DNA of 64,000 nt, from positions 192,001-256,000 of the forward strand of contig OY762825.2 of NCBI GenBank assembly GCA_963666425.2, written 5' to 3'. The stretch comes from Bacillota bacterium (GTDB lineage: Bacteria; Bacillota; JAAYKD01). Of the stretch, positions 48,465 to 58,257 are shown piece after piece. Both the position numbers and the translations under genes were made by a program. Position 1 is the stretch's first letter. The number at the start of each line of letters is the position of its first letter. The notes under the pieces are model-generated. The model saw only the letters and a program-made list of their open reading frames with translations, was not told where the DNA came from and did no database searches.

Positions 48465-49082
48465 ATGAAAAAAATTACTCGGATTTTGCTCGTCGTAACG
48501 ATGATCCTGGCTGTCAGCAGCGGAGCTTTCTTCGTCTTTGCAGCATCCAATTACACCACACCTGCCGAAATCGTTGCAGGCTTGACCGGACGAAGTTTAG
48601 AGAGTGTGATCGCAGAGCATGATGAAACCGGTGATAATTACGGTCAAATCGCCGCAGCTGCCGGTCTGCGCAATGAGTTTATTAATGAAATGGCATTGCT
48701 TCGCCAAGATAAAATTGCCGCTAAAGTAGCTTCGGGAGACATTACCCAGGCACAAGCCGATGAAATCCTCACCCTGCTTGCCGCCCATCAGGCGCTGGGT
48801 AATGGTTTAGCTGCCAGAATCAGCCAGAAGTTAGGTTTGGGTCGCGGTATGATGAATGGCTTTGGCCAAAATATCGAAGTCCTCAAAGAGAAGATCGCTG
48901 CGAAAGTAGCTTCCGGCGCTTTAACCCAAACCCAGGCTGATCAAATTCTTGCTTTGATTGCCGAACGCCAGGCGAATTTCGCGGACGGCAATCCTGGAAC
49001 AGCGAATCATTCACGTATTGGTCTGAGGACTGATTTACGTCAGAGTATCGGCCGCATCTTGAACAACAAAACTAACCGCTAA
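48465..49082 (+). CDS. Secreted helical protein, DUF2680-like
   Basis: Signal peptide, TPAEIVAGLTG, two copies of KIAAKVASG.(I/L)TQ.QAD; AGGAGG RBS. Confidence 0.7.
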   Translation: MKKITRILLVVTMILAVSSGAFFVFAASNYTTPAEIVAGLTGRSLESVIAEHDETGDNYGQIAAAAGLRNEFINEMALLRQDKIAAKVASGDITQAQADEILTLLAAHQALGNGLAARISQKLGLGRGMMNGFGQNIEVLKEKIAAKVASGALTQTQADQILALIAERQANFADGNPGTANHSRIGLRTDLRQSIGRILNNKTNR

Positions 49083-49107
49083 ACTTCTGCGGAAGCACAT
49101 CTAATGT

Positions 49108-49148
49108 GAAACCCCTATGCCTGAATTTTCAGCAGGTATAGGGGTTTC
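49108..49148. terminator. Bidirectional terminator
   Basis: GAAACCCCTATGCCTG...CAGGTATAGGGGTTTC. Confidence 0.7.
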
Positions 49149-49172
49149 TTGTTCATCAGAGCAACTTAGTTT

Positions 49173-50186
49173 TCACATCTCATCGTTTTTTTGTATACAA
49201 TGAACATTCTCTTTATTAAAAGATAAATAAACGTGATCATTGACCTTTCGCTGGCTGGCAGCGGAGTTGCCCGATGTATCCACCATCACGGTCTCCCCTG
49301 CCGACAAAACCAGATATCTTGAACTAAACCCCAAATGCTCTTTTTGCAGGATCATACCCGGCATACCGTTTTCGGCAAAATCGATATTCTCTGGGCGCAG
49401 CAACAAAGTTTCCTTGTCATGGCAAACGAATTCTCTGCCTAAAACTTGAGCGATTCCCTGCTGACCATAGAAAAAATTAGCTCGACCAACAAAGTCAGCC
49501 ACAAACTCATTAATCGGCTGTTGATAAACTGCATTAGGCGTATCCGTTTGCCAAATGCGTCCTCGATCCATTACCGAGATACGATCCGCAATACTCATCG
49601 CTTCTTCCTGGTCATGCGTTACGTATATAGCGGTGATTCCTAAATTTTTCTGAATCTGCCTTAAATTGGAGCGCATCGTCACCCGCAGCTTTTCATCTAA
49701 ATTGGATAAAGGTTCATCAAAAAGCAAGACATCCGGTTCTGTGATCAATGCGCGTGCCAGCGCAACCCGCTGCCTTTGTCCTCCCGATAACTCCTGAATC
49801 TGCCGGTGTTCCATTCCTTTCAACTCCATCATGGTCAGGATGCGTTCTGTCTTTTGTTGTATTGCCGCTTTTGGCAGTTTTCGTATCTGCAAACCAAAAA
49901 TAATATTTTCATAAACATTCAAATGCGGAAATAAGGCATAGCTTTGAAAAACCATAGAAGTATTGCGCTTTTGTGCGGGTAATTGCGTAACATCCTGATC
50001 GTTAAAGAAAAGTTTGCCTGTTGTCACCGGAATTAAGCCCGCAATCATACGCAGCAGGGTGCTTTTGCCACAACCGGAAGGTCCCAGTAAAGCCATCATT
50101 TCTTTGTCATAAATAGTCAGCGATACATCTTTTACTGCTTCGGTTTGGTCGTATTTCTTACTGATTGCTTCAAGATTAATCTTCAT
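49173..50186 (-). CDS. ABC importer ATP-binding subunit (FbpC/PotA-like)
   Basis: GPSGCGKS, VFQSYALFPH, LSGGQRQR, FDEPLSNLD, VTHDQEEA. Confidence 0.93.
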   Translation of the reverse strand: MKINLEAISKKYDQTEAVKDVSLTIYDKEMMALLGPSGCGKSTLLRMIAGLIPVTTGKLFFNDQDVTQLPAQKRNTSMVFQSYALFPHLNVYENIIFGLQIRKLPKAAIQQKTERILTMMELKGMEHRQIQELSGGQRQRVALARALITEPDVLLFDEPLSNLDEKLRVTMRSNLRQIQKNLGITAIYVTHDQEEAMSIADRISVMDRGRIWQTDTPNAVYQQPINEFVADFVGRANFFYGQQGIAQVLGREFVCHDKETLLLRPENIDFAENGMPGMILQKEHLGFSSRYLVLSAGETVMVDTSGNSAASQRKVNDHVYLSFNKENVHCIQKNDEM

Positions 50187-51865
50187 CGATTCAGCCTTCC
50201 TATTTTCAATATGACGCTTTTCCCATACGCAAGCAGTTGAAAAAGCAGCATCAACAGCAATGTGAGACCGGAAAGCATCAGAGCCAGCACAGCTGGTACT
50301 CCCAAGCTTAAACCTCCGGTCATGGATTGGAATAAGACTTGCACTATCACTTTGTTGCTAGGCATCAATAAAAAGATAATCACGCCGAGAGAAGTCATTG
50401 TTGATGAAAAAATCTTAATAAAAGAATTGATAAAAGCGTCCTTTAACAAAGGCAATGTAATTTTATGGTAGATATATGCTTCGCCAGCCCCCAGATTTCT
50501 GGCTGCATTCTCAATATCTGGATCAATGTGCTGTAAGATTGCGTAGCACGTCTTCATAGAAACATGGATGTTGCGTGCAATGCAGACAAGGTAAAGAATG
50601 GCGGTTGTACCTAAAAGAATCACTGGCTCTAAATCGGGTAATAGATAACGTCCGATGCCAAAGAAGGGATATTTAAAAGTAACAAGACAACCTACACCGA
50701 AGAGGATACCGGGTACGGCGGCAGGCAGCATTGCCATTGTCTCCAATAAGCGACCTCCCTTCAATCGTCTGCGCTCATTCAGATAAGCGGCAATCACACC
50801 CAGTAAGGCAGAACCCAATCCGGTTGTTATGGCTAACAAAATGCTGTTGAGCAGTGGTTTTAAGTATTTCTGCGGCTCACTCTGCAGAACGGTATTTAAG
50901 TGCGCGAAGGTAAAAGAATAATCCGATCCCCAACTCACTGTAAAAGCCCCGACAAAAACAAAAAGAAAATTCAGGATAAAAACTGACATCATGGCAAGGA
51001 TCAGAAGAATTAAACTCTTGGCGACAAGCGGAAGAATGTTTGTATATTCTATACCAATGCTTTGGCTTTGATCTCCCAGATAACTCTGGCGATTGGCATA
51101 CTTGCTTTGCAGATAGAAAACCAAAAAACAAGGAATTAGCAGCACGATACCAGAGATACTGGCGAGCTGCATATTATACTGCCCTGTGATCTGCAGATAC
51201 AAATCGGTTGCCAATGTTCTGAAATTTCCGCCGATCACCATCGGGGTGGTGAAATCTGACATGGAGCCTAAAAAAACCAAGAGACCGGCAGAAGCGATCT
51301 CCGGCTTCATCATGGGCAGTGTAATCCGAAAGAAAACCTGCTTTTCATTGGCACCTAAATTCCTGGCAGCATCTTCAAGGTTGGTATCAACATGGCGAAC
51401 TGCCCCCGATATGATCAGATAAGCAAGGGTGGTAAAACCGATTGTCTGTAAGAAAAAGACACCTTGCCAGCCAAAGGGAGAGACATTTAAACCCAACATA
51501 CGGTAAGTAATTAATCCTCTCCTGCCAAAGAGCATAATGAAAGAAATGCTGCCAACAAAAGCCGGATTGACCAAAGGCAGCAGCATCAGAACTTTCATCG
51601 CACTTCTTCCGCGGAATTTCAAGCGATGCAGTGTGAAGGCGGTGATGATACCAAAAAATAAAGAACTGACAGTAACCGCGAATCCCAATAATACACTATG
51701 CTGCAATAAACCAAAAGCACGCAGCACTTCCGATAGACCAACCATTTGCTCACTGCTGTTTAAACCATATAAAATCACACTCAAAATCGGCAGAAAACAA
51801 AAATAAAAGACAAAGATCAAAAGGAAGGCTGTAAACAAAGGATTGAGAAAATTCCTGCTTTTCAT
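50183..51865 (-). CDS. ABC importer fused double permease (FbpB/AfuB-like)
   Basis: Two EAA-like loops (LEDAARNLGA, IENAARNLGA); about 12 TM segments. Confidence 0.9.
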   Translation of the reverse strand: MKSRNFLNPLFTAFLLIFVFYFCFLPILSVILYGLNSSEQMVGLSEVLRAFGLLQHSVLLGFAVTVSSLFFGIITAFTLHRLKFRGRSAMKVLMLLPLVNPAFVGSISFIMLFGRRGLITYRMLGLNVSPFGWQGVFFLQTIGFTTLAYLIISGAVRHVDTNLEDAARNLGANEKQVFFRITLPMMKPEIASAGLLVFLGSMSDFTTPMVIGGNFRTLATDLYLQITGQYNMQLASISGIVLLIPCFLVFYLQSKYANRQSYLGDQSQSIGIEYTNILPLVAKSLILLILAMMSVFILNFLFVFVGAFTVSWGSDYSFTFAHLNTVLQSEPQKYLKPLLNSILLAITTGLGSALLGVIAAYLNERRRLKGGRLLETMAMLPAAVPGILFGVGCLVTFKYPFFGIGRYLLPDLEPVILLGTTAILYLVCIARNIHVSMKTCYAILQHIDPDIENAARNLGAGEAYIYHKITLPLLKDAFINSFIKIFSSTMTSLGVIIFLLMPSNKVIVQVLFQSMTGGLSLGVPAVLALMLSGLTLLLMLLFQLLAYGKSVILKIGRLNR

Positions 51866-51924
51866 CGAATCTCCTTCAAAACAGGCAGCTGTTACAATAC
51901 AGCTGCCTGAATGCTTCTATTCAA

Positions 51925-52992
51925 CTATTTAGCGGCTTTTACTGCCCAGAGTTTCAAAATAGCAGTACGCTGTTGGGCATTGGCTTTAAAGTCGGTTGGA
52001 AATAAAGCAATATCCTTCAATGAGAGAATTCCTTCCGGAGCCGGAATGTCTGCTTTTACCACCAACGCTTGTTGGCATTTGCCGATTTGTTCCAATCCTC
52101 TGGTGGATAAAGCCCAGTCTACAAAGACTTTAGCAGCGTCCGGATGCGCACAACCTTCTAGAATCGCCAGAGGCTGTGGCCACCAACCTGTGCCATCTTC
52201 CGGATAGACCAGGATAATATTGGAGTCGTCACCTTCCATTTTAGCCATTCCGGTTCCGGCCGCAATTCCGACCGCGGCCTCTCCGGCTTGGGTCATCGTG
52301 GTAGGATCTGAGCCTCTGGGCGTGAAAAACGGTACCTGATCGATTAATTTCTCTAAATAAGCCCAGCCGTCTTTATCACCTTTGGTTTGTAAAATAGCGG
52401 ATATCGTATTGTAAGCAGTTCCGGAAGAGGCAGGATCCGGCATGGATACCATACCTTTCAATTCCGGTTGCAGCAAATCTTCCCATTTGCTGGGGATTTT
52501 TGCGCCCAATTGCTTAATGACTGCTTTGTTGACCACCCAATTGACCACGGTCAGAGAGGTTCCGGTCCAATACCCCTTAGCATCCTTCATATCATCAGCA
52601 ATCGTCTTTGCTTCCGGAGATACATAAGCTTTCGTTAAGCCCAATTCAGAACCACTAATAAAAGCATCGGCACCACCGGTGAACCAAAGGTCCGCCAAAA
52701 CCTTGCCGCTGTCTTTTTCATTTTGAATCCGCTGCAGCATTTCACCGTTCTTCAGGGTCAGACTTTCTACCTTGATGCCGGTGTCCTGATAAAATGCTTC
52801 CAAAGCTGGAATAATTGCATCCGTTACGGCATACATGTTCAGAACCAAACCCTTCATGGTTTTTGCATCGTAATATTCAGAACTCCAGTCTTTGTTAGCT
52901 TTTGGATCTGGGGTAGGCGAAGTTTGCTGATTACATCCGGCTATGCCCAATACCATAAGCACTACAAGTAATAATGCAGTAAATTTTCTCAT
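51925..52992 (-). CDS. ABC substrate-binding lipoprotein (AfuA/FbpA-like)
   Basis: Lipobox IAGC; ADLWFTGG, P.KWEDLL, MPDPASSGTAY, YPEDGT, AKVFVDW. Confidence 0.88.
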   Translation of the reverse strand: MRKFTALLLVVLMVLGIAGCNQQTSPTPDPKANKDWSSEYYDAKTMKGLVLNMYAVTDAIIPALEAFYQDTGIKVESLTLKNGEMLQRIQNEKDSGKVLADLWFTGGADAFISGSELGLTKAYVSPEAKTIADDMKDAKGYWTGTSLTVVNWVVNKAVIKQLGAKIPSKWEDLLQPELKGMVSMPDPASSGTAYNTISAILQTKGDKDGWAYLEKLIDQVPFFTPRGSDPTTMTQAGEAAVGIAAGTGMAKMEGDDSNIILVYPEDGTGWWPQPLAILEGCAHPDAAKVFVDWALSTRGLEQIGKCQQALVVKADIPAPEGILSLKDIALFPTDFKANAQQRTAILKLWAVKAAK

Positions 52993-53204
52993 TTTTTCTC
53001 CTTTGCTTTCATCCCTGCTTGATCAATGACAAGAATGTTAACATACCATTCTTGAGAAAGCAAACTCGAAAAATTTATACTTTTTTGTGAAACTATAGTA
53101 ATGTCTGATAAGCCCTAACCCACAGTAATTCGAGGATTGACCGCTATCGGATTTTATGGTAAGCTTCGAATATTCAAAGAATATAGCAATAAATAGGTGA
53201 AAAA

Positions 53205-53843
53205 ATGCTGATTGATTTGCACATACATGAGAAAACCTATTCTCATGACAGTAAGCTCTCTCTTGAAGAGATTGTTCTTGCTGCCAAACAAAAAGGGCTC
53301 GACGCAGTCTGTATCACCGACCATGATGATTTAAGTATTGCTCCAAAAGCAAATGCCTATGCGCAGGAAATCGGTTTTCCTATTTTCGTTGGTGTGGAGT
53401 ATTATTCTTTGCAAGGTGATTTGGTTACTTTTGGTGTGGATACGATCCCCAATCATCGCATCGACGCGCAGAGCTATATCAATTTTATTAATCAGAGCGG
53501 CGGCGTATGCTTCAGCGCTCATCCCTTTCGCAATAACCAACGAGGATTGGCAGAGAACCTGCTGACGATCAAAGGGTTGGCAGGCATTGAAGTACTGAAT
53601 GCCAATACGATAGACGAAGAAAACGAGAAAGCGGCCCTATATTGCAGGAAACTACAGATGCAGGCTTTGGGTGCCAGCGATGCTCATTTTGCAGAAAGAG
53701 TCGGACATTTTGCCAGTTGGTTCCCGCAGCAGATTCATTCGACGGACGAATTGGTTGCAGCCTTAAAAGCACGGCTTGGCAAAGCTGTCTTTTGGACCGT
53801 AGAAGGCTATCAGTTTCTAAGCGAAACAAATAAACCGCTTTAA
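53205..53843 (+). CDS. PHP-domain phosphoesterase
   Basis: IDLHIH, ITDHD, GVE, AHPFR, GASDAH. Confidence 0.9.
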   Translation: MLIDLHIHEKTYSHDSKLSLEEIVLAAKQKGLDAVCITDHDDLSIAPKANAYAQEIGFPIFVGVEYYSLQGDLVTFGVDTIPNHRIDAQSYINFINQSGGVCFSAHPFRNNQRGLAENLLTIKGLAGIEVLNANTIDEENEKAALYCRKLQMQALGASDAHFAERVGHFASWFPQQIHSTDELVAALKARLGKAVFWTVEGYQFLSETNKPL

Positions 53844-53886
53844 AAATCCCCCTCTGCTCAAATGTCAATTGAGCGTAGGGGGATTT
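53844..53886. terminator. Bidirectional terminator
   Basis: AAATCCCCCT..GCTCAA...TTGAGC..AGGGGGATTT between convergent genes. Confidence 0.7.
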
Positions 53887-53924
53887 CTTGCTATCAAAAC
53901 AGCAATTTGCTATGCTTTTTTTAT

Positions 53925-55373
53925 TTATAGGCTGTTCGGGAAATCCTTCCTGAACTGGTACACTAATTTTTCCTGCCAATCCGAGGTTGCTTGCAGACGG
54001 CCAAAGAAGAATCTAAGGTTCTTGGGTTCCTCAACAAAGCGTAAACCGCCCACCAGGTGGCGGTTTTGATGCAGCCAGGCAATGCGGTCAACCGCATATT
54101 TAATCTGCGACAGGGTAAATACCCGTCTTGGCACAGCGAGTCTCAATAATTCCATGGCAGAAAATGTTTCATTCCCAGCCGAATCACGCTGTTCAGACAT
54201 TGTCCCACGTTCCATACCGCGCACTCCGCCGGCAAGATAAAGCGCCGCCGCTAAAGCGCCTGCAGGATATTCCTGTTGTGGAATATGATCGACAAAAGCC
54301 TTTGCATCCAAATGACAACCCAAACCACCCGCTGGTGTCACAACCGGCACACCCCTTTTCACCAGTTCACCGGTCATAAAAGCGATGAATTGCGGTCCCT
54401 GGCTGATCACGTCTTCCTCCATGGTTTCATCCAAACCCACGGTCAGTGCTTCCATTTCGCGCACAGACATGCCGCCATAGGTCAGGAATCCTTCGTATAA
54501 AGTGACTAGTTCGCGCATTTTCAAATAGAGCTCCCGGTCGTGCATGCAAATACCGCCGCCTTTGGCAAAGCCCAATTTGCGAGCCGAGAAATAGGTAATA
54601 TCACAGAGTGAAGCAATTGCCAACGTGATTTCTCGGATGCTCATCGATTTGCACTGCTCTTCCCTTTCCTTCATGAAATGCAGATTATCGGCGAGCAAGC
54701 TGGCATCGAGCACTAAGAGAAGCTGATGTTTGGCACAAACACGCTTGACATCCCGCAGATTGGCCAAGGAGAATGGCTGACCGCCGATCAGATTTGTTCC
54801 TGCTTCCATGCGGACAAAAGCGATTTTCTCACTGCCGTGCAGTGCAATGCAAGTCTCCAGCTTGTCGATATCCATGTTGCCTTTGAATAATTCCTGGCTG
54901 GTTACCTCAGTACCACGATCGGAGAGCAGTTCTTCAACTGTGCCGCCATTCAGCATAATATGGGCTTTGGTCGTCGTAAAATGATAGTTCATCGGTGTGA
55001 TCATGCCAGGTTTAACAAAGACTTGCGCCAGGATATTTTCACAGGCTCTGCCCTGATGCGCTGGCAAGAAAAACTCTGTCCCGAAAATCTGATGGATTTT
55101 TTCTTCCAAACGCACGTACGTTTCACTGCCGGCATAACTGTCGTCAGCCACCATCATGGCACCCAATTGACGATCACTCATGGCATTAACACCGCTGTCG
55201 GTCAACATATCCAAGAATACATCGCGATTATTCAATAGGAACGTATTGTTGCCGGCTTTTTTGATACAAAGCAGTCGTTCCTCAATGGGCAGCAGCTGCA
55301 GTTTCTGTACGATACGGACCTTATGCATCTCCAAGGGAATTTGTTCTCCGCTGAAAAATTGAATGTTTGACAT
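53925..55373 (-). CDS. PLP beta-eliminating lyase of the tryptophanase/tyrosine phenol-lyase family, with TPL-type residues
   Basis: DMLTDSG, DSYAGS, HQGRA.E, HFTTTK, GGQPFS, SARK, YEG..TYGG, MERG, RLA.PRRV, LRFF. Confidence 0.88.
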   Translation of the reverse strand: MSNIQFFSGEQIPLEMHKVRIVQKLQLLPIEERLLCIKKAGNNTFLLNNRDVFLDMLTDSGVNAMSDRQLGAMMVADDSYAGSETYVRLEEKIHQIFGTEFFLPAHQGRACENILAQVFVKPGMITPMNYHFTTTKAHIMLNGGTVEELLSDRGTEVTSQELFKGNMDIDKLETCIALHGSEKIAFVRMEAGTNLIGGQPFSLANLRDVKRVCAKHQLLLVLDASLLADNLHFMKEREEQCKSMSIREITLAIASLCDITYFSARKLGFAKGGGICMHDRELYLKMRELVTLYEGFLTYGGMSVREMEALTVGLDETMEEDVISQGPQFIAFMTGELVKRGVPVVTPAGGLGCHLDAKAFVDHIPQQEYPAGALAAALYLAGGVRGMERGTMSEQRDSAGNETFSAMELLRLAVPRRVFTLSQIKYAVDRIAWLHQNRHLVGGLRFVEEPKNLRFFFGRLQATSDWQEKLVYQFRKDFPNSL

Positions 55374-55472
55374 GAAATTAACCCTCCTTATTTATTTGAT
55401 TGATTTTCTCGTTGATGAAGCTGCAATAATCATAATCGGCTTTCAATTTCATCATCCCTCTCGTCAGAAATT

Positions 55473-55765
55473 AAAAAAACCGTCCTTTGTGTATAAAACT
55501 ATACACAAAGGACGGATAATTCTTCCGTGTTACCACCTTAATTTTTTGACATTTCGCAATGCCAATCTTATCAAGTATCGGCCCAAAGGCGAATACTCTA
55601 GCACGATAACGGATGCAGATTTCCGGCTTAACCTACTAAGGGCAACACCCTGTTCAGCAAGCAGCTCTGAAGATGTATTCGGAATACCATTCCTTGCCCC
55701 TCTCACCTGCCGGTAGCTCTCTGTAAGGAATTATCGTATTCGTACTAGTTCTTCGTCAAAGCCAT
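55473..55765 (-). ncRNA. T-box riboswitch, Tyr specifier (UAC)
   Basis: Minus strand: GA motif, AGTA, AGAGAG bulge, GGTGAGA apical loop, specifier GAA-TAC-A (55677-55675), T-box AATTAAGGTGGTAACACGG (55543-55525), 16-bp terminator stem plus T7 (55515-55473). Confidence 0.92.
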
Positions 55766-55779
55766 TCACAATTTTTACT

Positions 55780-55809
55780 ATAGTAACATTACCGGGTAGA
55801 GTATGTCAA
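55780..55809 (-). promoter_or_regulatory. Sigma-A promoter of the T-box leader
   Basis: TTGACA-18 bp-TACTAT with TGn extension. Confidence 0.75.
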
Positions 55810-55902
55810 GTATTATTTTCTTTCCAATCTGGCTCTTGTGGTTTCATCATACTGGAGGTTTCTCTCTTCTTTATCGTAATGGATGGCAAATGGTGTGCTA
55901 GG

Positions 55903-56553
55903 TTATTCGTTATTCCTATGATCTCCGGTAATAGCGAATTCAACCCATTCAGCAATATTAACCGAATGATCGCCGATGCGTTCGAAATATTTCGCAATCA
56001 TCAGCAAATCGAGCGCTTGTCTTCCCTTTTCCGGAGCAGTCGTGATGATACCAATCAATTCTTTTTTGATGGTATCGAATAAATCATCAACAATATCATC
56101 CATTTCCATGACTTCCAGTGCAAGTGCTAAATCTCTTTTGACAAACGCATCGATGCTTTTATTGACCATTTTTATCGTTTCTGCTGCCATCAGCGGTAAA
56201 TGTTCAATTTTTTTAATATAAGGCTCATCAGCCAGGTAAACGATGATTTCGGAAATATCCCTCGCCTGGTCGCCGATGCGTTCCATATCCGTAATCATTT
56301 TTAAGGCGGCTGAAATAAACCGCAGGTCTTTCGCCACCGGCTGCTGCTGTAATAAGAGCTTCAGACAGAGATTCTCAATATGGCGCTCCTTTTCATTGAT
56401 ATCCACTTCGAAAGCAATTGTTTTGTTTGCTTCCTCAACGTTTTTCTGCAGCAAGGCGTTTGAAGTACTTTGAATCGAATTTTCAATCATTGACCCCATT
56501 TCAATCAGCTCGGTGTTCAATAGGTCCAGTTGCTCGTCAAATTTCGTTCGCAT
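55903..56553 (-). CDS. phoU: Phosphate signalling protein PhoU
   Basis: QQPVAKDLR, TDMERIGD, DDIVD, YFERIGDH.VNIAEW. Confidence 0.96.
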   Translation of the reverse strand: MRTKFDEQLDLLNTELIEMGSMIENSIQSTSNALLQKNVEEANKTIAFEVDINEKERHIENLCLKLLLQQQPVAKDLRFISAALKMITDMERIGDQARDISEIIVYLADEPYIKKIEHLPLMAAETIKMVNKSIDAFVKRDLALALEVMEMDDIVDDLFDTIKKELIGIITTAPEKGRQALDLLMIAKYFERIGDHSVNIAEWVEFAITGDHRNNE

Positions 56554-56642
56554 CAGTAAAAACCCCTCTTCCTAATTTTTTCTTTGCAATGATCAATATT
56601 AACCGGTTATTATTGGTATGACGAAGCTTCCCGGTAGTCTGT

Positions 56643-57404
56643 TTAGCCAAATCTTCCGGTAATATAATCACTTGTCCGCTGATCCTTGGGATTGGCAAAA
56701 ACCTCTTCGGTAAGACCCTCTTCAATCAGATTGCCCATCAGCATAAAGGCGACTCTATCTGCGATACGTGCTGCCTGCTGCACTGTATGGGGTGCGATAA
56801 TAATGGTATACTGCTCCTTCAATTGCCTTAAAGAGTCCTCGATTTTTGAGGTTGAGACCGGATCAAGGGCTGAACAGGGCCGGTCCAGTAAGATAATCTC
56901 CGGTTCCAGCGCCAAGACACGAGCAATACAAAGACGTTGCTGCTGTCCTCCGGATAACCTGGTTGCCGGTGTATGCAGCCGATCTTTCACTTCATCCCAG
57001 AGTGCAGCCATGCGGAGCGCCTGTTCTGCTTTTTCAGCCAAAACCGCATTGCTTTTCAATCCGAGCATACGGGGACCCAGGGCGATATTATCAAAGATGG
57101 ACATCGGAAGTGAAGTTGGTACATCAAAGACCATGCCCACTTTTCGCCGTAATTCGGTGACATTAACCTCGGGAGAGAAAATACTCTTGCCATCGATCAG
57201 GATCTCACCCGTCCTGTGCGCATTGAGGCTCAAATCGCTGAGCCGATTAAGCGTGCGGAGCAGGGTCGTAATGCCGCTGTTCGCCGGTCCGAAAATCGCT
57301 AGAATTTCATTGGCCTGGATCTCCAGACTAAGGTTCTGGATCGCTTGATTCTTTGCATAATAAAAATTCAATTCCTTAATTGCTATTTTAGCCTGTTGAA
57401 TCAT
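56643..57404 (-). CDS. pstB: Phosphate ABC ATP-binding subunit with degenerate Walker A/Q-loop/Walker B
   Basis: PstB-specific LWDEVKDRL and RTSDYITGRFG; LSGGQ intact; GPANSGIT, VFDVP, LLDRP. Confidence 0.9.
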   Translation of the reverse strand: MIQQAKIAIKELNFYYAKNQAIQNLSLEIQANEILAIFGPANSGITTLLRTLNRLSDLSLNAHRTGEILIDGKSIFSPEVNVTELRRKVGMVFDVPTSLPMSIFDNIALGPRMLGLKSNAVLAEKAEQALRMAALWDEVKDRLHTPATRLSGGQQQRLCIARVLALEPEIILLDRPCSALDPVSTSKIEDSLRQLKEQYTIIIAPHTVQQAARIADRVAFMLMGNLIEEGLTEEVFANPKDQRTSDYITGRFG

Positions 57405-57414
57405 TTTTCACCTC

Positions 57415-58251
57415 TTAACGACCTTTCGATACGAAACGATCGACCAGCATATTGAAGACAACATTGATCAGAAAGATCAGAATCATTAACAGCGCTGCGG
57501 TAGCGTAGGCATTCTCCATGGATAAACCTTCTCGTGCCAGGATGTAGAAATGCACCGCCATGGTTCGGGTCGGTGAAAAGAGCGAAGTTGGCATGCGTAA
57601 GGCAGATCCGGCTGTTAAGATAACAGCGGCTGTTTCGGATACACAGCGACCAATGCTGAGGATGATGCCATTGGCAATTCCCGGTAAAGCAGATGGAATG
57701 ACCGTTTTGGTGATGGTCTGCCATTTGGAGGCTCCCAAAGAAAAACCAACTTCCCGATAGAGATTTGGAACTGTCCGGATTGCTTCTTCCGAGGTGCGAA
57801 TGATGGTTGGCAAAATCATGATTGCCATGGTTAACCCTCCTGAGAGAATCGACCATCCCATATGAAGGTAAGTTACAAAAAAGATAAAACCAAAAAGTCC
57901 AAAAACAATTGAAGGAATTCCGGCCAGCGATTCAGCGCTGAACCGGATCACACGTGTAATTTTACTCTCGCGCGTATACTCGGTAAGATAAATTGCCGTG
58001 CCGATGCCAAAGGGTGTAGCGATCAGGACAGCGACAGCGGTTACCAACAACGTACCAACAATAGATGAAGAAATACCGCCGGAGCGTCCCATATTGCGCG
58101 GAATTTCCGTTAAGAATTGCCAGCTGAGAGCCGGTAAGCCCTTCAGAAGAATATCTCCGATGATCGCAAGAAGAATCACGATGACTAGAAGGGCGGCTGA
58201 CCAGATAACAAATTTTGCTATTTTTTGACTGGTTCGCGGATTAATCTTCAT
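57415..58251 (-). CDS. pstA: Phosphate ABC permease PstA
   Basis: GGISSSIVGT, AIYLTEY, LAGIPSIVFGLFG, LGASKWQT, ETA. Confidence 0.93.
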   Translation of the reverse strand: MKINPRTSQKIAKFVIWSAALLVIVILLAIIGDILLKGLPALSWQFLTEIPRNMGRSGGISSSIVGTLLVTAVAVLIATPFGIGTAIYLTEYTRESKITRVIRFSAESLAGIPSIVFGLFGFIFFVTYLHMGWSILSGGLTMAIMILPTIIRTSEEAIRTVPNLYREVGFSLGASKWQTITKTVIPSALPGIANGIILSIGRCVSETAAVILTAGSALRMPTSLFSPTRTMAVHFYILAREGLSMENAYATAALLMILIFLINVVFNMLVDRFVSKGR

Positions 58252-58257
58252 AATGTC

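Noticed and set aside
53925-55373. Calling the lyase tnaA with a TnaC leader peptide
   Set aside because: Specificity residues are TPL-type and the leader is a T-box, not a tnaC ORF.
56686-57348. 220-aa antisense ORF (also 15185-15772, 7496-8071, 26130-26690)
   Set aside because: Antisense shadows of well-supported genes.
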